DNA of 64,000 nucleotides from the human T2T-CHM13v2.0 reference genome, Homo sapiens (GCF_009914755.1 NC_060927.1); one strand, 5' to 3'. Numbered from the stretch's first letter, positions 1-13,723 are shown. The notes: generated from the sequence alone by a model not told the origin. Made by a program: numbers and translations.

Positions 1-450
1 TAGCTACCACTTGATAAGGATGACTTCCAAATTTATATTCCCATTCCCAATATTTATTCCAAGACTCAGTTTTGCATTTCTGACTGCTAATCATCTATAT
101 ATCAGTGTCCCAGTGGCCTCTTAATTGAGCATTATCAAAATCCTGTGGTATTTATATGGTCCCAGTTATCCATCCCTGAAGTCTGTCAATTTTGATTTCT
201 CTAAATTCCTTGCCATGACATCCTATATATGATCACATCTCTATACGGCTTAGCATTGTATTCCGATGCCCAGATGTCAAACTTGAAGCTCATTCTCTTA
301 TCAAAATTGTTCATGTATTCCTCCTTTCCATTCTTATAGCTGTATTATTAGATCAGGTTTTTAATTCTGCTCAACCAATTATTACCACAGCCTGTTAAAT
401 GGAATCCCTACTCCAAGGCTGACTGTTTCAATCTATCCTACACTTGGTTT
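1..450 (+). mobile_element. L2 LINE fragment
   Basis: gatgacttccaaatttatattcc and downstream blocks resemble the L2 3' consensus; heavily diverged, boundaries approximate. Confidence 0.6.
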
Positions 451-1809
451 CTAGCTCATTTACTTATACCATCTTTTGTTCAAATATATATTTTTTAATA
501 ACAGACCTTTTTCTTCTAAAGAAATCTTTTGTAGAAGCAGCATATACGAAGCAGATAAAAGTAGGTTCAATGCGGTTGGAGTGAAGATGAGAATGCCACA
601 GGCATCTTTCTTTCTAGGCCTCAGAGGTGCTGCATATGGAATGTCCATGGATCGCAGAGGGTTTTGAAGACCATGTTTTCAAAAACACTGTCTTAACACT
701 CTATTGTCATTGCTCTTTTCCCTCTTATTTCCTCTTTGTCTCTTCCCGACTTAGATCTAATTTTCAACAACCCAGGAAATTATCTCATATGTTTGCATCT
801 CTCAAGTTTCTTTTCTTTTTTCTTTCAGAGTCTTATTTTATCTAAATTTATGTAGAAAAAAAAGCTTTGAATGTTGACTACATAGACATTACTACAATAA
901 GCTTTTTGCCTTTCCCAAGACTCAAAATTGACACATCTTTGTTGATGTTTAAGTTGAAATTCCAGCCAACTTTTTTTTGACTTTTATGTGAAGTTTAAAG
1001 TCTTTTCTTTGAAAAGCTTGCTTCCTCAATTTCAAAGATTTGTCCTCTGATATATTTATAAACATCAATTTAATGCAGACATTCAAACCCTAAACCTTGA
1101 ATAACTCTTATTTTATTTTGTCTTTGTTTACTTCCATTAATTTTTTTTTCTTTCCCTCTCTTCCGCCTTTACAGCACCCACTTTTTCTTCCCCCCATGAT
1201 GGCAAATATTGTTATAGTCCCCAAGGCAGGGAACTTCTATTCAGACTGTAAAAGGAAATGTTGAAATCCATAGCTGTCCTGTCAACAGTAGTGGAATGAA
1301 AAGTCGTTGGATTGTTTTGGCACTGGTTCTGAAGCAGGCATAATTGGCAAATTATTATAATACTGCTGCCCGAAAATCCCCATTTGCCTCAAGATAGTGG
1401 CATTTATTGGCAGAAGCCTCTGAAATGTCCAGCACATTCTTTTGAGTTACCATTTAAGGATCAGCCTGACAATCGACTTCTCTCTGCACATTTGCCCCCT
1501 TTGTAACCTAAGCCAGACTGTTCCCAAATGACCTTCTAAAGGACACAGTGCACCATCATCAATGGAAACAGTTCAGAAAGGATGACAGGAGGGAGATGTT
1601 TCTTAGTTCTGAGAGCCAGTCTGTAACAATGGGATAAGCATTTAATGGAATCAAAGCTGTTTTGCATAAAGAGTGAACTCAGAGACGACAAGAGGGTCTT
1701 TATGAATTCCCTTCACATTTTGTAAAAACTGTCATATATAGGCTATCCCCTTAATTGATAAATGGGATCTAGAAAGCGGTATTATGACCAGAGGGTGAGA
1801 AGATTTAGG

Positions 1810-2010
1810 AATTTGGATAGCAGTTCAAGATAAGAAAGAACTTCTTATAGTTATAAATTTTCAATGATGGAATGGGTTGCTTCTTTAAACAGTGAGCCCA
1901 CCATCACTTGGTATGTTCAAGGAAAGACTAGATAAAGTCGATATTGTGAGAGGAATTGCTGTATGATACCGTTTGGAGAAATGATTGACATAATCTTTTA
2001 AGGCCGGTGA
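1810..2010 (+). mobile_element. L3/CR1 LINE 3' fragment
   Basis: aagaaagaacttctt...tggaatgggttgc...gtgagcccaccatcacttggtatgttcaag resembles the L3 3' end. Confidence 0.6.
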
Positions 2011-2089
2011 CCCTATCATTTTCCAAATAATTGTTGCTAGTACTTAGTTAATTAGACCCATTTTTTTCTTAGGAAAGAGTTGGATCAAT

Positions 2090-2240
2090 CATGGGAGACC
2101 CTGAAAAATTTCCTTACCTTTCCTAAGGTTTAATTTCCTCTTCTGCGAAATGGAGACAATTATATTACTTTTGCTTATTTCATAAAGATCTTGTGAGGAT
2201 TCAATGAAATGAGGTTAAATTCTTTTATTAAACAGAAAGT
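2090..2240 (+). mobile_element. MIR SINE
   Basis: MIR core: tttcctcttctgcgaaatggagacaat...ttgtgaggattcaatga. Confidence 0.55.
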
Positions 2241-3319
2241 TTTGAGTATTTGCCTAGAGAGTGATGTGACTTTTGCAGCAGAAGGTGGGAAAACATCCAA
2301 GGGAACTACATTTCCTCCAGAAATTGTTTCTTCATTACCATCGACCTACTGATTATGGTTTTCTCATTTTACACTTGGTGTTCTTACTTGGGATCTTTGT
2401 CCTTAAGCTCAACAGGGAGCCACAACCCAGGGGACCTATGTGTACACTTGGAGTTTTTATCAGACTATCATTTGAACTTACCACTACAGTTTAGCAAATG
2501 GCATGATGAGTTTGATTGATAATAGGAGTAGACGCAAGATACATTAAGTAGAGTACAAAGCATTTCATAACCAAAATGTCATGGTTGGAGGTCTTCATTA
2601 TTCGGTCTTTATCTCATTCAGGAATTTCCACTTGAAAAATCTCTGATAAGCTTTATTTCAGAAACTGCTTGAACAGCTCCACTGACAAATGCCTCACTAT
2701 CTTCTGATACATCGTAGGCAGTTCTGAGGGTGAGAAAGTTCAAAGCAGATAGATGTTTTAACACAACAGGAGGACTTTTAAACAATCACCAGGACTCACT
2801 CCTCGGTGGTCAATTGGGCCTGTTTGGAGGCCTGACCTTTGGTCATCTTAAGGTCATCTAAGGCAGAAAAGAGAAGCTCACTTATAAGTTGGCACTTCTG
2901 AATCATTTGCCTTGAGGTCCATTTTTTATTCAGCCTTTGTTTAAACCTTCTTAGGAAGCCAGTTTGTAGAGTTCTGGGGATAAGAAGGCAGAAAAACCAT
3001 GTCAATTCAGTGCTTTTATTTCACAGAAAATGAAGCAAAGGCCTAGAAACTAGAAAGACATTTCTCAAAAAGAAGATGGTGAACTTTTGGAAATACTGAG
3101 ATTAGACTACATTTTCCAATTTCTATCCCTAGCCCACTGCTCTTTCCAATATAATATCTGTATTCCATGGGAAAGACATGCCATCTGAATTGATGTATCG
3201 TAGTTGTTGAGATAATTTTGAAATGAGAAAACAATAGGGCACAGTCGTTTGGGAAGAATTTCCAGAAATTGCCATCATTTTCTTAAAGGCTAAGGACACT
3301 TATAGAGCTCTCCGATTTC

Positions 3320-3670
3320 CTATCTGATAAAAAAAGCCCAAACAAAGCTGCGGAAGCTGGCAGAGCCAGCAGATATTTTGTAAGGCAGCTTCACCTCTGC
3401 TGGCATTTTGTGGGGCAGGAGAGGGGGAGGGCAAAGGTATTAAATTTAGGCTTAAAAGCTCCTCAGAAATTCTTTACACACAAGAGACCAAGTTGGAGAA
3501 AAGAAGATGACTTGTGCCAAGGGGAAGAAAGAGAGAGACTAATGCCTGTGGTTTTCAAAGGTTAACAACAACATAAAAAAGCCAAGGTATTTGCACAGGG
3601 ATGAATGCTCATTGGCTCTTGGCCAACAATTATACAAGGGCTTGTGCCCACATCCTGTAGCTGTGGTTTA
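3320..3670. promoter_or_regulatory. Candidate enhancer (GATA/ETS/RUNX/TCF/NFI/SOX motif cluster)
   Basis: Repeat-free block: double GATA 3320-3330, GCGGAAG 3350-3356, TGTGGTTT 3547-3554 and 3662-3669, TTCAAAG 3554-3560, perfect NFI palindrome TTGGC-N5-GCCAA 3612-3626, AACAAT 3625-3630; motif evidence only. Confidence 0.4.
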
Positions 3671-4349
3671 GGGACGCTGCTCATGAGTGACTTCTTATGC
3701 TTAGTGGCAGGAAACTTTAGTCACTGATGTGTAAACTCACCTTTGGTCTGCACCTCCCACAACGTGCTCCGAAAGCAGTTAGGGGACTAGGCCTCTTGAT
3801 TTCCTTGTAGATACCAGTTCCCCAGAAGCTAAGGAAAAACTCTGAGGCCTTGGAGTTACTGAGAGTGGACCAATACTTGTCTTATTCTACCTGATTTTGG
3901 CAACTGCTTAGGGTTCTTCTGTATCCACAAAAAGGAATTATGATATCCTCTGCTAAACCCTCTCTTTAGCCTCAAAGCCCAAGACCAAAAAAAATGAGCC
4001 ATATTTCATTGCAGGCCTGCTGCCAATGTGAAATATAAGGAATAAAGTCATGAGACTGCTTCTCAACCTAGACCTTGTATCTCGTGTGCTATTTTATATT
4101 CGATTTTAAAAAGCTCTTAGTAAATATCTCAGTCCCCTTTTCAGTGAAGCCAAATGGAATTTGCAAGCCCAGTTTAATTAACTCCTACGTTTTTAAGGTA
4201 GATATGACAGATCATGATATATTGTGGATGCGTTGAGATCAAGTGTTCTGAACCACCAACTTGTCTGTCGTGTCCTGCCCATAATGCTTACCCCATGCAT
4301 CTCAGAAATTCCTTTTCCTTTCTTTAATATTGTCTGAGCACTCTTCACG

Positions 4350-4950
4350 GAATCTGAGATTAGAAAGGATCTTAAAGGTCATGTAGTTTAGCCTCCTTTG
4401 GTTGAGGTTGCAGGAATGCCCTCAACCAGAGCATGCACAGCAGATGGAAAATCAGCTTCTGTGTGAACATTCCAAGAGCCCAGAACTCCTTGCTTTCTAA
4501 AGCAGTTAATTCCACTACTGAGCAACAGCAACAAGTAGAAGGTTTTTCTGGACATTGCACCCAAACCTCTCTCCTTGGAAATGTATAGATTTGATGCTAG
4601 ATATTCCTTTGAAGGTATCCCAAATAAATTAATTTCCTAGTTCACATATTCACACTTTCTATAAAGGCAGGTGCTCTCCTAAAAGGTAGTGACAGTAGTT
4701 TTATTTTTGTATTTAGAGACAAAACTCCAGTGAGCACAATCATTTTTAAATATGATGCATTATCCAGAGTCCTTATCGAGCTTGTCTCTTCTTTGTAGAC
4801 TATTCTGTTTGGTAAACACTTCTTTTAAAATATTATATTCAACACTTGTCTTGGCAGTTCATATATAGATTAATCAGTGCAAATTAGAATGGAGTTGTTC
4901 TTTATTTGCCACTATACTGTTATTAATAAAATCCAGGTTTCTTCTATCAC
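4350..4950 (-). mobile_element. L3/CR1 LINE fragment
   Basis: ttagaaaggatcttaaaggtcatgtagt...caggaatgccctc...ttctgtgtgaacattcca is the reverse complement of the L3 3' end. Confidence 0.6.
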
Positions 4951-6963
4951 ACTGTTTGTTCACATGAAATGTATGAATAACTTCATACTATAATATAATA
5001 TATAACTCCTTTCCTGATTGGGTAAATTCATTGAAAGCACAAATGAGACCACTTTAGCATAGATTACTTTTACTGAAATTGTGTTAGTTCTGAGTAATTA
5101 CTGTTTTCTTTTCTAACTTTTAAATTTATTTTCTAAATTATTTGTTTAACACTTTACCATATAATTTTGCCTAAGTCACTGTTAAATTTACTCTTCTCTA
5201 GCATCTGGCAACCACCAGTGTTTTTAAATGAGTTTTTTTCTGTCTTCAGTCTAGAGGACAAGGTGGGCATAATTATCGTGATGGACAGCAGAGCCAAAGC
5301 AGTAAACAGATGGTTTGATCCACGGAGTTCTTTGGAATTAGTTAGTTGATCATGGCGTCCCTAGAACAAAAATAGATGGACAGCCTACTTAAGTCTTATT
5401 TAACCTGTGGAAACAGAAGTGATTTGAAGTCCGACTTGAGTCAGCACCTGCCACTCCAGGAAACCCCCATCCTGATTGAATTTAGGGATCTCAATTTAAT
5501 GGCAGCAGTTTCCACTGTCATGCTTGCCCGCAGAGAATGGCCACCATGGAACTATTCAAGAATAGTAGGATTTCCTTCAGAAATGTGTTTCTGGTCTTGG
5601 GGTTGAAAGCGTCTTTGGAACTTCCTAGGGGACATAGAGGCTAAGTGAAAAGGTTGTACACAATAAAACCACTTTTGCATCCTGAGCTCCCCAAACCTTT
5701 AGAAGCCTTCCTCTGGCATTTCAAGTTCATTAATGTATACTTTCTTTAGGTTGATAATTGAGTTAACAAAGCAAACTATTAGAGCCACTCTTAGTGTCCC
5801 AAATACATTGGATCAAGAATCCTGGCCTGGTCCACTCTAATCAATAAATTCTTCATGTTCCAACATTATGCTTCTGATCTGATAACCTTGGAATCAGTGC
5901 CCATACATGTTCTTCCTCTATAGATATAAGTTGGCAAAGCCTTACAATTATTTTGGAATTTATTTTACTCTCTCATGAATCACACTTGTTCACTTACTTT
6001 TTAGGAGTCAAATCTGTTTATAAGTTTAGAAACAATGCAAAATGAGGATAAATTATCATACATTTAATCAGATGCTGACTCCAACTACAGCTATTGATCT
6101 AGATGTGGTTTTGTTGCTTGAGTCAAACAATACATTCCTTGGCACCTGGTATGCAGTTATTGATCTTGAATTTCTTTTTCTTTTTCTTTTCTAATCTATT
6201 ATTAAGATTATGAAAAGCAGTTTGCTTTCAGCTTGTAGAGCCAGCGATATACTCAGGGTTACTATATCAACCTTCTAACCTTATGTCATATTCTAGTCAA
6301 CAAGGATCTTGAACACCTCTCTGTTCTATAAGACATCATGCTGGTCCATTTCATTGATGACATCATGTTGATTAAACCAGGAAAGCAGGAAGTAGTAACT
6401 GTTCTAACACTTGTATAAAACATGTGCAAGGAAATGTATTGCCTCAAAATTCTTTTCTTTGTCACCAAAAAGTCACATCAGTAACTTTTGTAAAGGATCA
6501 GTGGTCTGGGGCATGTCAATATACACATCCTAAGGTAAATGGTAAATTGCTCCCCTACATGACTAACTTTCTTAGTTAACCCCTCAATACTTAATGGGGT
6601 TCTTTAGATGTGAAAGTAACATATATCTCATTTGGGTCTGCTACTTGAATATATTGACAAAATAATCCAAAAGGCTGCCAATTTTGAGTGGGGCACAGAA
6701 TAGGAAAAGAATCTGAAACAGGTCCAGGCTACCATGCAATCTGCCTTACCACTTGGGCTGTATAACCCAGCAGATCCAAAGGGGCTCAAAGTATCTGTGG
6801 CAGATATAGACGAGGCATGGATCCTTTGTTCAGTCCCTCTAGGTGAATCACTGGGTAGACCTCAGAATTTTAAGCACAGATATGCCATCCTCCCAGATAT
6901 ATACATATTTTTTTGAGAAACAGGTGTTGGCTTGTCACTGGGCTCCATTAGAAACTTAAGACT

Positions 6964-7252
6964 CTTTGGGAGGCCAAGGCAGGTGGATCACCTGAGGTCA
7001 GGAGTTTGAGACCAGCCTGGCCAACATGGCCAAACCCTGTCTCTACTAAAAATACAGAAATTAGCTGGGCATGGTGGTGGGCATCTGCAATCCCAGCTAT
7101 TAGGTAGGCTGAGACAAGATAATTGCTTGAATCTGGGAGGCAGAGGTTGTGGTGAACCTAGATTGCACCACTGTACTCCAATCTGGACAACAGAGCAAGA
7201 CTCTGTATCAAAAAAAAAAAAAAAAAGAAAAGAAAAAAAGAAAAGGAAAGAA
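6964..7252 (+). mobile_element. AluS (Sx/Sz-like), 5' truncated
   Basis: Alu dimer starting at ctttgggagg, A-rich tail, TSD agaaacttaa(g/c)act at 6950-6963 and 7253-7266. Confidence 0.95.
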
Positions 7253-7493
7253 AGAAACTTAACACTTGGCCACTTGGCCATAGGCTATCAAGTTGCCATG
7301 CAGCCTAAGAATGTACTAGATGTTGTCTGACCCATCAAACCATAAAGTTGGGCATGCACAATGGCATTATATTATATTAGAGATGATATATACAAGATAA
7401 GGCTTAAGCAGGTCCTGAAGGCCCAAATAAGTTGCATGAGCGACTGTCCCAGAAGACCATAATGCCTGTTCCTACTACATTTTCTTCTCACTC

Positions 7494-7955
7494 TTTTTTT
7501 TTATTTCTTTTTTTTTCCTTTATTTCTTCTAAAAAACAAATGGGATACATGTGCAGAATGTGCAGGTTTGTTAAATAGGTATACGTGTGCCATGATGGTT
7601 TGCTGCACCTATTGACCCGTCCTGTAAGTTCCCTCCCTTCACCCCTCACCCCCTAACAGGCCATGGTGTGTGTTGTTCCCCTCTCTGTGTCCATGTGTTC
7701 TCAATGTTCAACTCCTACTATGAGTGAGAACATGTGGTGTTTGGTTTTCTGTTCCTGTGTTAGTTTGCTGAGGATGATGGCTTCCAGCTTCATCCATGTT
7801 CCTGCAAAGGACATGATCTCATTCCTTTTTATGGCTGCAAAGTATTCCATGGTGTATCTGTACCACATTTTCTTTATCCAGTCTATCACTGATGGGCATT
7901 TGGGTTGGTTCCATGTCTTTGCTATTGTAAATAGTGCTGCAGTAAACATATATGT
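7494..7955 (-). mobile_element. L1PA (about PA8A-PA10) 3' fragment
   Basis: ORF 7701..7949 encodes the L1 ORF2 C-terminus (MFTAALFTIAKTWNQPKCPS...WMKLEAIILSK), followed by 3'UTR and poly(A). Confidence 0.93.
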
Positions 7956-8420
7956 GAGTGTTGTGAGTTATTGTTAAGCTGATTCTTCTCCCTCCTAACC
8001 CACATCTATGGCTTTCTGGGAAGCTCCTTGTGACCAGTGGACTGAGGAAAAAAATTGGAACCAGATTTATAGATACCTGTGCTGTATCACCTGGAAATGA
8101 ACAACTACAGTATTGTACTCCATGGTGATCCTGGAAGACAGCAGTGAGAGAAATTTCTTTTAGTGGGCCAAATAAATTAGCTACCATTTCCATGTTCTGC
8201 TTCAGGACTGCCTTCCATTTTGTAAGTGAAGAAACAGAGTTCTGAAATAATAATATGACTCAGTTACTGTCATACATACCCAAGAAAGCCACCATAACTT
8301 GCTAGTGGCAGAGACATGACGCTTCTTCTTCCATTTTGCCTATTTCAGATTGGATTCAGTTTCAGGTAACATAAACAATTTCACTATTTTAAACACAAAA
8401 TCTTTTAAAATATGGAATAA

Positions 8421-9089
<669 letters not shown>

Positions 9090-9289
9090 AAGGTCCCAGC
9101 CAGAACCTGCTATTCTAAGAGCAGGATCTCATCACCTTAGCTACAATCTAATGAACTGCTGGCTTCTGAACCACATTGTGTCTGCTAGATTTGCCCCAGG
9201 AAAATGGATGTGACACATTCTGACCCCTTCCTCCTTATTTATCCTAAAGCAGAACCTGGGGAGGGCATTTCATTTCTACCTTTTAATAA

Positions 9290-9510
9290 TAATTGCAAAA
9301 AATTATTGAGTGTTTAATGTGTCCCAGACAGCGTGCTAAAATCTTTACATTAATTACATCAATGAATCTTCAAATAACTTTCTCAAGAATATAATATTAA
9401 TATCACCACTTCAATTTTGAGATGAGGAAAGTGAAGTAGGAAGAGGCTAAGAAACTTGGCAAAGGTTATGTACTCCTTGGGAGAAGATCTGGGTTAAATT
9501 AGACTTACTC
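9290..9510 (-). mobile_element. MIR SINE
   Basis: tattgagtgtttaatgtgtcccagacagcgtgctaa...ttttgagatgaggaaagtgaag. Confidence 0.65.
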
Positions 9511-10002
9511 CTATCTAGAACCTAGCTACAAAGGAATCTGAAAGTTTTAATATTTAGCTTCTGACCTCTGTAGTACAGAAGACATGCTAGAACAAGGTTG
9601 GAACAGATTGAGCTTGTCATTCCACTAGATTCACAAGCTGACTTATATTAAAGATAATTATTAAACTCTTTCTCCCCTGATTGACTGTGAGCCCCTTGAA
9701 GATATCTCAGTTTGTTCTCTAGCACAGCCCTGTATTTATATTAGGCAATCAATAAATGGGTCTTATGATGTGGATGCCATAGATGTTTTGGTTTCAACCC
9801 ATTTAGGTAGCATATGCTTAAACTTCTGTGAAACCACTGCCTTTTTGTGGTCTGGTTTTACAGAGCAGCAGCCCAGGTTAGGACTTCTCCCTGACTTTAG
9901 AAAGAAATAGTATTTTGTTTTCACCAAACGCCTTGTTATTCCTCAAATACTTTATTGTGGTTACATCAACAGCACCTAGCAACAGTCAGAATGTGCATAG
10001 CA

Positions 10003-10200
10003 AAAGAAAGTGTGGAATGACATTTTACTATGGGGGAAAAAACATGTAGACAACGAGTTGAGTGATGTACAGAGTGCCTGGCATAAGCTTGTCAGTTTCA
10101 GAACGGAGTTCGGTTAGCGGAATCATAGGCCACACCTAAGGTAAGCAGAATATGATGACCCGATAGATACTCTGGCCAGAATAGTAGGAAGATCAGGAAG
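10003..10200 (+). repeat. Dispersed direct repeat A, presumed donor copy
   Basis: Same 198 bp as 8892-9089; retains CpGs (acgg, tcgg, gcgg, ccga) that read CA/TG in the other copy. Confidence 0.95.
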
Positions 10201-10344
10201 CAGTAATAAGCCGAGGCTCTCCTGGCCTGCTAACAGCTTTAAGAAGAGTGAGCTGCAAGCAGTAGAGACCAGGCATCTGATTCTAGGGACTTTTAAGATG
10301 ATGCATCAACAATAGAAGTGGGGAGTGTAAAAAAGAAAACAAAA

Positions 10345-10545
10345 TGACTTTCATGGGAAATATAACGTGTTCAGATTTGGATAAGCTGAGTTTGAAAGGG
10401 TAGGGGAGATCAAGTGAAAACAATTAGCAGGAGCATGTGAAAGCATGTTGCTCAGGAGATAGGGTCCTTGCTTGGATAGAAAGGTCAGGGATTCATCCAA
10501 GAATGAGTGGTAGTTAAAACTGTAAGAGTGGATGAGCTTGCTCAG
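10345..10545 (-). mobile_element. L2 fragment
   Basis: gttcagatttggataagctgagtttga...gagtggatgagcttgctcag. Confidence 0.45.
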
Positions 10546-10552
10546 TGTGAAG

Positions 10553-10742
10553 TATAACTATCCAAAAACTTTCTGCAATAATGGAAAATTCTATAATTCA
10601 TTATAGAATCATAATTCATTCTATACTATCCAGCACAGTAGCCACTAGCCATGAAATGAGAGGTGAATATTAGGAACTGAAATTAATTAATTAAATTTGT
10701 ATAGCTACGTGTGTCTAGAGGCTATCCTATTGGAAAGCACAG
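10553..10742. mobile_element. MER3 (hAT-Charlie) DNA transposon
   Basis: aactttctgcaataatggaaa...gtagccactagcca...gaggctatcctattggaaagcacag resembles the MER3 consensus. Confidence 0.75.
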
Positions 10743-11198
10743 GTGTAGAATGAAGAAAAGAGATGACTGAGAATAAAATCCTTAATAATAGCAATATTGC
10801 ATATCTGATGTTATTTTGACGCTACCAAAGATAGGAAATAACACATGCCTTATGAGTGGTTTATTTTCTTTTATGTTTTATCAAATGGTAAATGAATTAA
10901 AATGATATAGAAGAGCTTATGTTCAAAACCAGCAGCTTCCCAACCCACCACTTCCTACTTCCAACTTAGTGATAATTCATTTTAAGAATCTTTCTTTCTG
11001 GTTCTGCTGCTATAAATCCAAAACTCTAAAAGAAAGTTCATATTTCTATGTATTAATTAATCAACATCAGATATTATCTGTTAATTTCCATTTTTGAAAG
11101 ACCAAAACTTGAAACCATGCCCCAAAGAGTTAAAGATACCAATGACTAACCGAAATTCTTGAGTTTGCAGCATGGCAGACAAGAAATGAAACAACTTC

Positions 11199-11489
11199 AT
11201 TTTTTTTGAGACAGAGTCTCCCTCTGTCGCCCAGGCTGGAGTGCAATGGCACGATCTCGGATCACTGCAACCTCCACCTCCTGAGTTGAAGCGATTCTCC
11301 TTGCCTCAGCCTCCCAAGTAGCTGGGATTACAGGCACCCGCCACCACGCCAGGCAAATTTTTGTATTTTTAGTCGAGACGAGGTTTTGCCATGTTGGCCA
11401 GGCTGGTCTCGAACCCCTGACCTCAAGTGATCCACCCACCTCGGTCTCCCGAAGTGCTGGGATTACAGACCTGAGCCACTGTGCTGGCC
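11199..11489 (-). mobile_element. AluS (Sz/Sx-like)
   Basis: Full dimer; TSD aaacaacttc at 11189-11198 and 11491-11500. Confidence 0.95.
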
Positions 11490-11865
11490 AAAACAACTTC
11501 TTCAGTGCTGAAACTCTCTCCCCTTGTAAGATAACTAAACTGGCTGAAATCAGCTGGAACCAATATGGCTGGCTGGAGTTTGTGCAGAAGCCTGCTGATG
11601 TTACAGCTTGAATTTCCACCCAATGTTTCATACCAATTCCCCAACAATTTGCACATGCAATCAATGAAGTGGTGTGAAAAGATAACTGCACATGCCCTAG
11701 GAACTTCCAGACCTCTCCTTTCTTTCCACCAATCACCTACTCATCTCAGAATCCACCCCTAAAACTTTTCTAACAAAATTACTGCCTTAAAGCCAGCTCA
11801 GGGAGACAGATTTGAGCTGGACTCCACTCTCCCTGTTCATTGACTAGCAATAAAAAGCTTTTCTT

Positions 11866-12150
11866 GGCCGGACGCAGTGGCTCATGCTTGTAATCCAAGC
11901 ACTTTGGGAGGCCAAGGCAGGCAGATCACGGGGTCAGGAGTTCAAGACCAGCCTAGACAACACAGTGAAACCCCGTCTCTACTAAAAATACAAAAATTAG
12001 CTGTGCATGATGGCGGGTGCCTGTAATGCCAGCTACTCGGGAGGTTGAGGCAGGAGAACCACTTGAACCCGGGAGGCAGAGGTTTCAGTGAGCCGAGATC
12101 ATGCCACAGCACTCCAGCTTGGGCAACAGCACTAGACTCCATCTCAAAAA
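11866..12150 (+). mobile_element. AluS (Sg/Sx3-like)
   Basis: Full dimer; TSD aaaaagcttttctt at 11852-11865 and 12151-12164; inserted at the LTR poly(A) signal. Confidence 0.95.
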
Positions 12151-13721
12151 AAAAAGCTTTTCTTTTCCTCCAAAACCCTGTGTCATAGAATTGGCTTCTA
12201 GCAAATAGGGCAGTGAGTCCCTTATGCTTGGTGACAGACTTAGTTTATGTACACTATATTCCACATCCTCTTCCCCTTTTTCCTTAAACGCTTATTATTT
12301 TCACCATTGAGTACACTTGTTACTTAAATAATCTGCTTTACTTCTGTTTCTTTCTCTATCACCTTTAGTTTCTATCTCACCTTTCCTCTATGAAAATAAA
12401 AATATTAGTGAGATAACCGAAGATTTTTTTCCAGCAAAATTTTTTTTTGCCTTCTTTCAAATATGCATTTACTTCTGCATGGTTCAGGGTGTAAGCTTTT
12501 ACATTCTGTTCTGTGACCATATTAAATGATTCATGCTTGTCTATATCTAGTGGTTCTGAGGGAGTTGGTGGTGGGCTGGTGGAAGGAGGCAGATGAAGTA
12601 TCAATTATCTACCAGGTAGCTTTAGTTCCCCATCTTATTTTACTGGTGCAAAAACATAACTCATGGCCTATATGTCTTCAGTTTCAAAGATCTACCATGC
12701 TTTTTTGAGATTCTCTTTCAAGGCTACACATTATTAAAATCTTTGGTTTTCCAATGACTTAGTCAAATCATTCTGTTTCTCTCTGCTTCCAATCAAAACA
12801 TAGAGAAATAGAATGACTTGACTAAGGCCATATTACTTGGGAGTTGGAAAGTTGAGATCAGTTCTGGTGACACATCACCTCACAAATCTGTTCTCACTAA
12901 CATTTCCTAACAAATGAAGTTTGCAAAAAAATTATGGGTTGGTATTTTTAATTTAGATTTACAATCCACAGTGCAGGCTAGAGCAAAGACATTTGAAGCT
13001 TGTGTGCTGTGACCACATTTTCTTTCAAGGAACTCTAGAAATGTCTCCAGGCATCTGGGTGCTTCATGAGCCCAAGTCGACAAATGCTTACCTATGGGTA
13101 AAGAATCATCTAACATTAAACTAACATTTACCAAGCACTTAGGTGTTGGCATCTAAGCTGGGATATTTCATATACATTATCTTATTTAATTCCTGCAGCA
13201 ACCTCTGTAAGTAAATAGAGGTGTAATTGAAAAGTTTGAATTTCAACAATTTAGCACTGTGTATTTAGTCCTCTCCATCTCTAAAATGGGGTAGAATAAT
13301 CTGTGCCTCAGATTTTCAAAAGACAAATTGACTTTGGTAAAGTTAAATGAGACTGAGTGGTTTGGTTGCTTGGGAGATAGGCAGTATACAAACATAACAC
13401 TGATGAGTAATAGTAAAGTATTATACGGCTTTGTTCTTATTACCCGTAATGCAGTTGACCCAAAGGGATTGGCATTAGGGAACTGTTTCTGGGTACAAAG
13501 CAAAAGACTCCAAACACTCTTGTAAATTGCTAAATTCCAGTGAAGACAGTGCTGGAGTGACTATACAACAAGGATGGTTCCTGTTCACCAAACCCACCCA
13601 GGAAGCTTCCTGTCATTCTCAGTAATCCTGTGATGAATATAAAACCACTAAAGAGGTATTCCAGGCAAAGCACAGATTACAGTTTCATGGCAACTGAAGC
13701 TTTTATGAATTTGAAGGGGGC

Positions 13722-13723
<2 letters not shown>

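Larger units (their letters stand above)
6010..8172 (+). mobile_element. Degraded ERVL-class internal region (pol RT to RNase H), interrupted by an Alu and an L1
   Basis: Fragmentary translations GTWYAVIDL, KQFAFS and LVHFIDDIML (catalytic YIDD-like motif as FIDD at 6350-6361); many stops and frameshifts; homology resumes at 7255-7490 and 7985-8172. Confidence 0.85.
11110..12236 (+). mobile_element. Solo ERV1-class LTR (MER72/LTR47-like) containing two Alus
   Basis: TG(AAACC)...(GTGA)CA termini, AATAAA at 11849-11854, 4-bp TSD aact/gact. Confidence 0.75.

Noticed and set aside
5437-5450. Isolated ARE/AP-1 motif TGAGTCAGCA (also single AP-1/ARE/RFX motifs near 13682, 21805, 44112, 45530)
   Set aside because: Single short motifs are expected by chance in 64 kb without clustering
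11197-11736. 179-aa ORF and the many similar ORFs with [10 protein letters not shown] or SPRLECSG peptides
   Set aside because: Alu/LTR read-through frames, not genes
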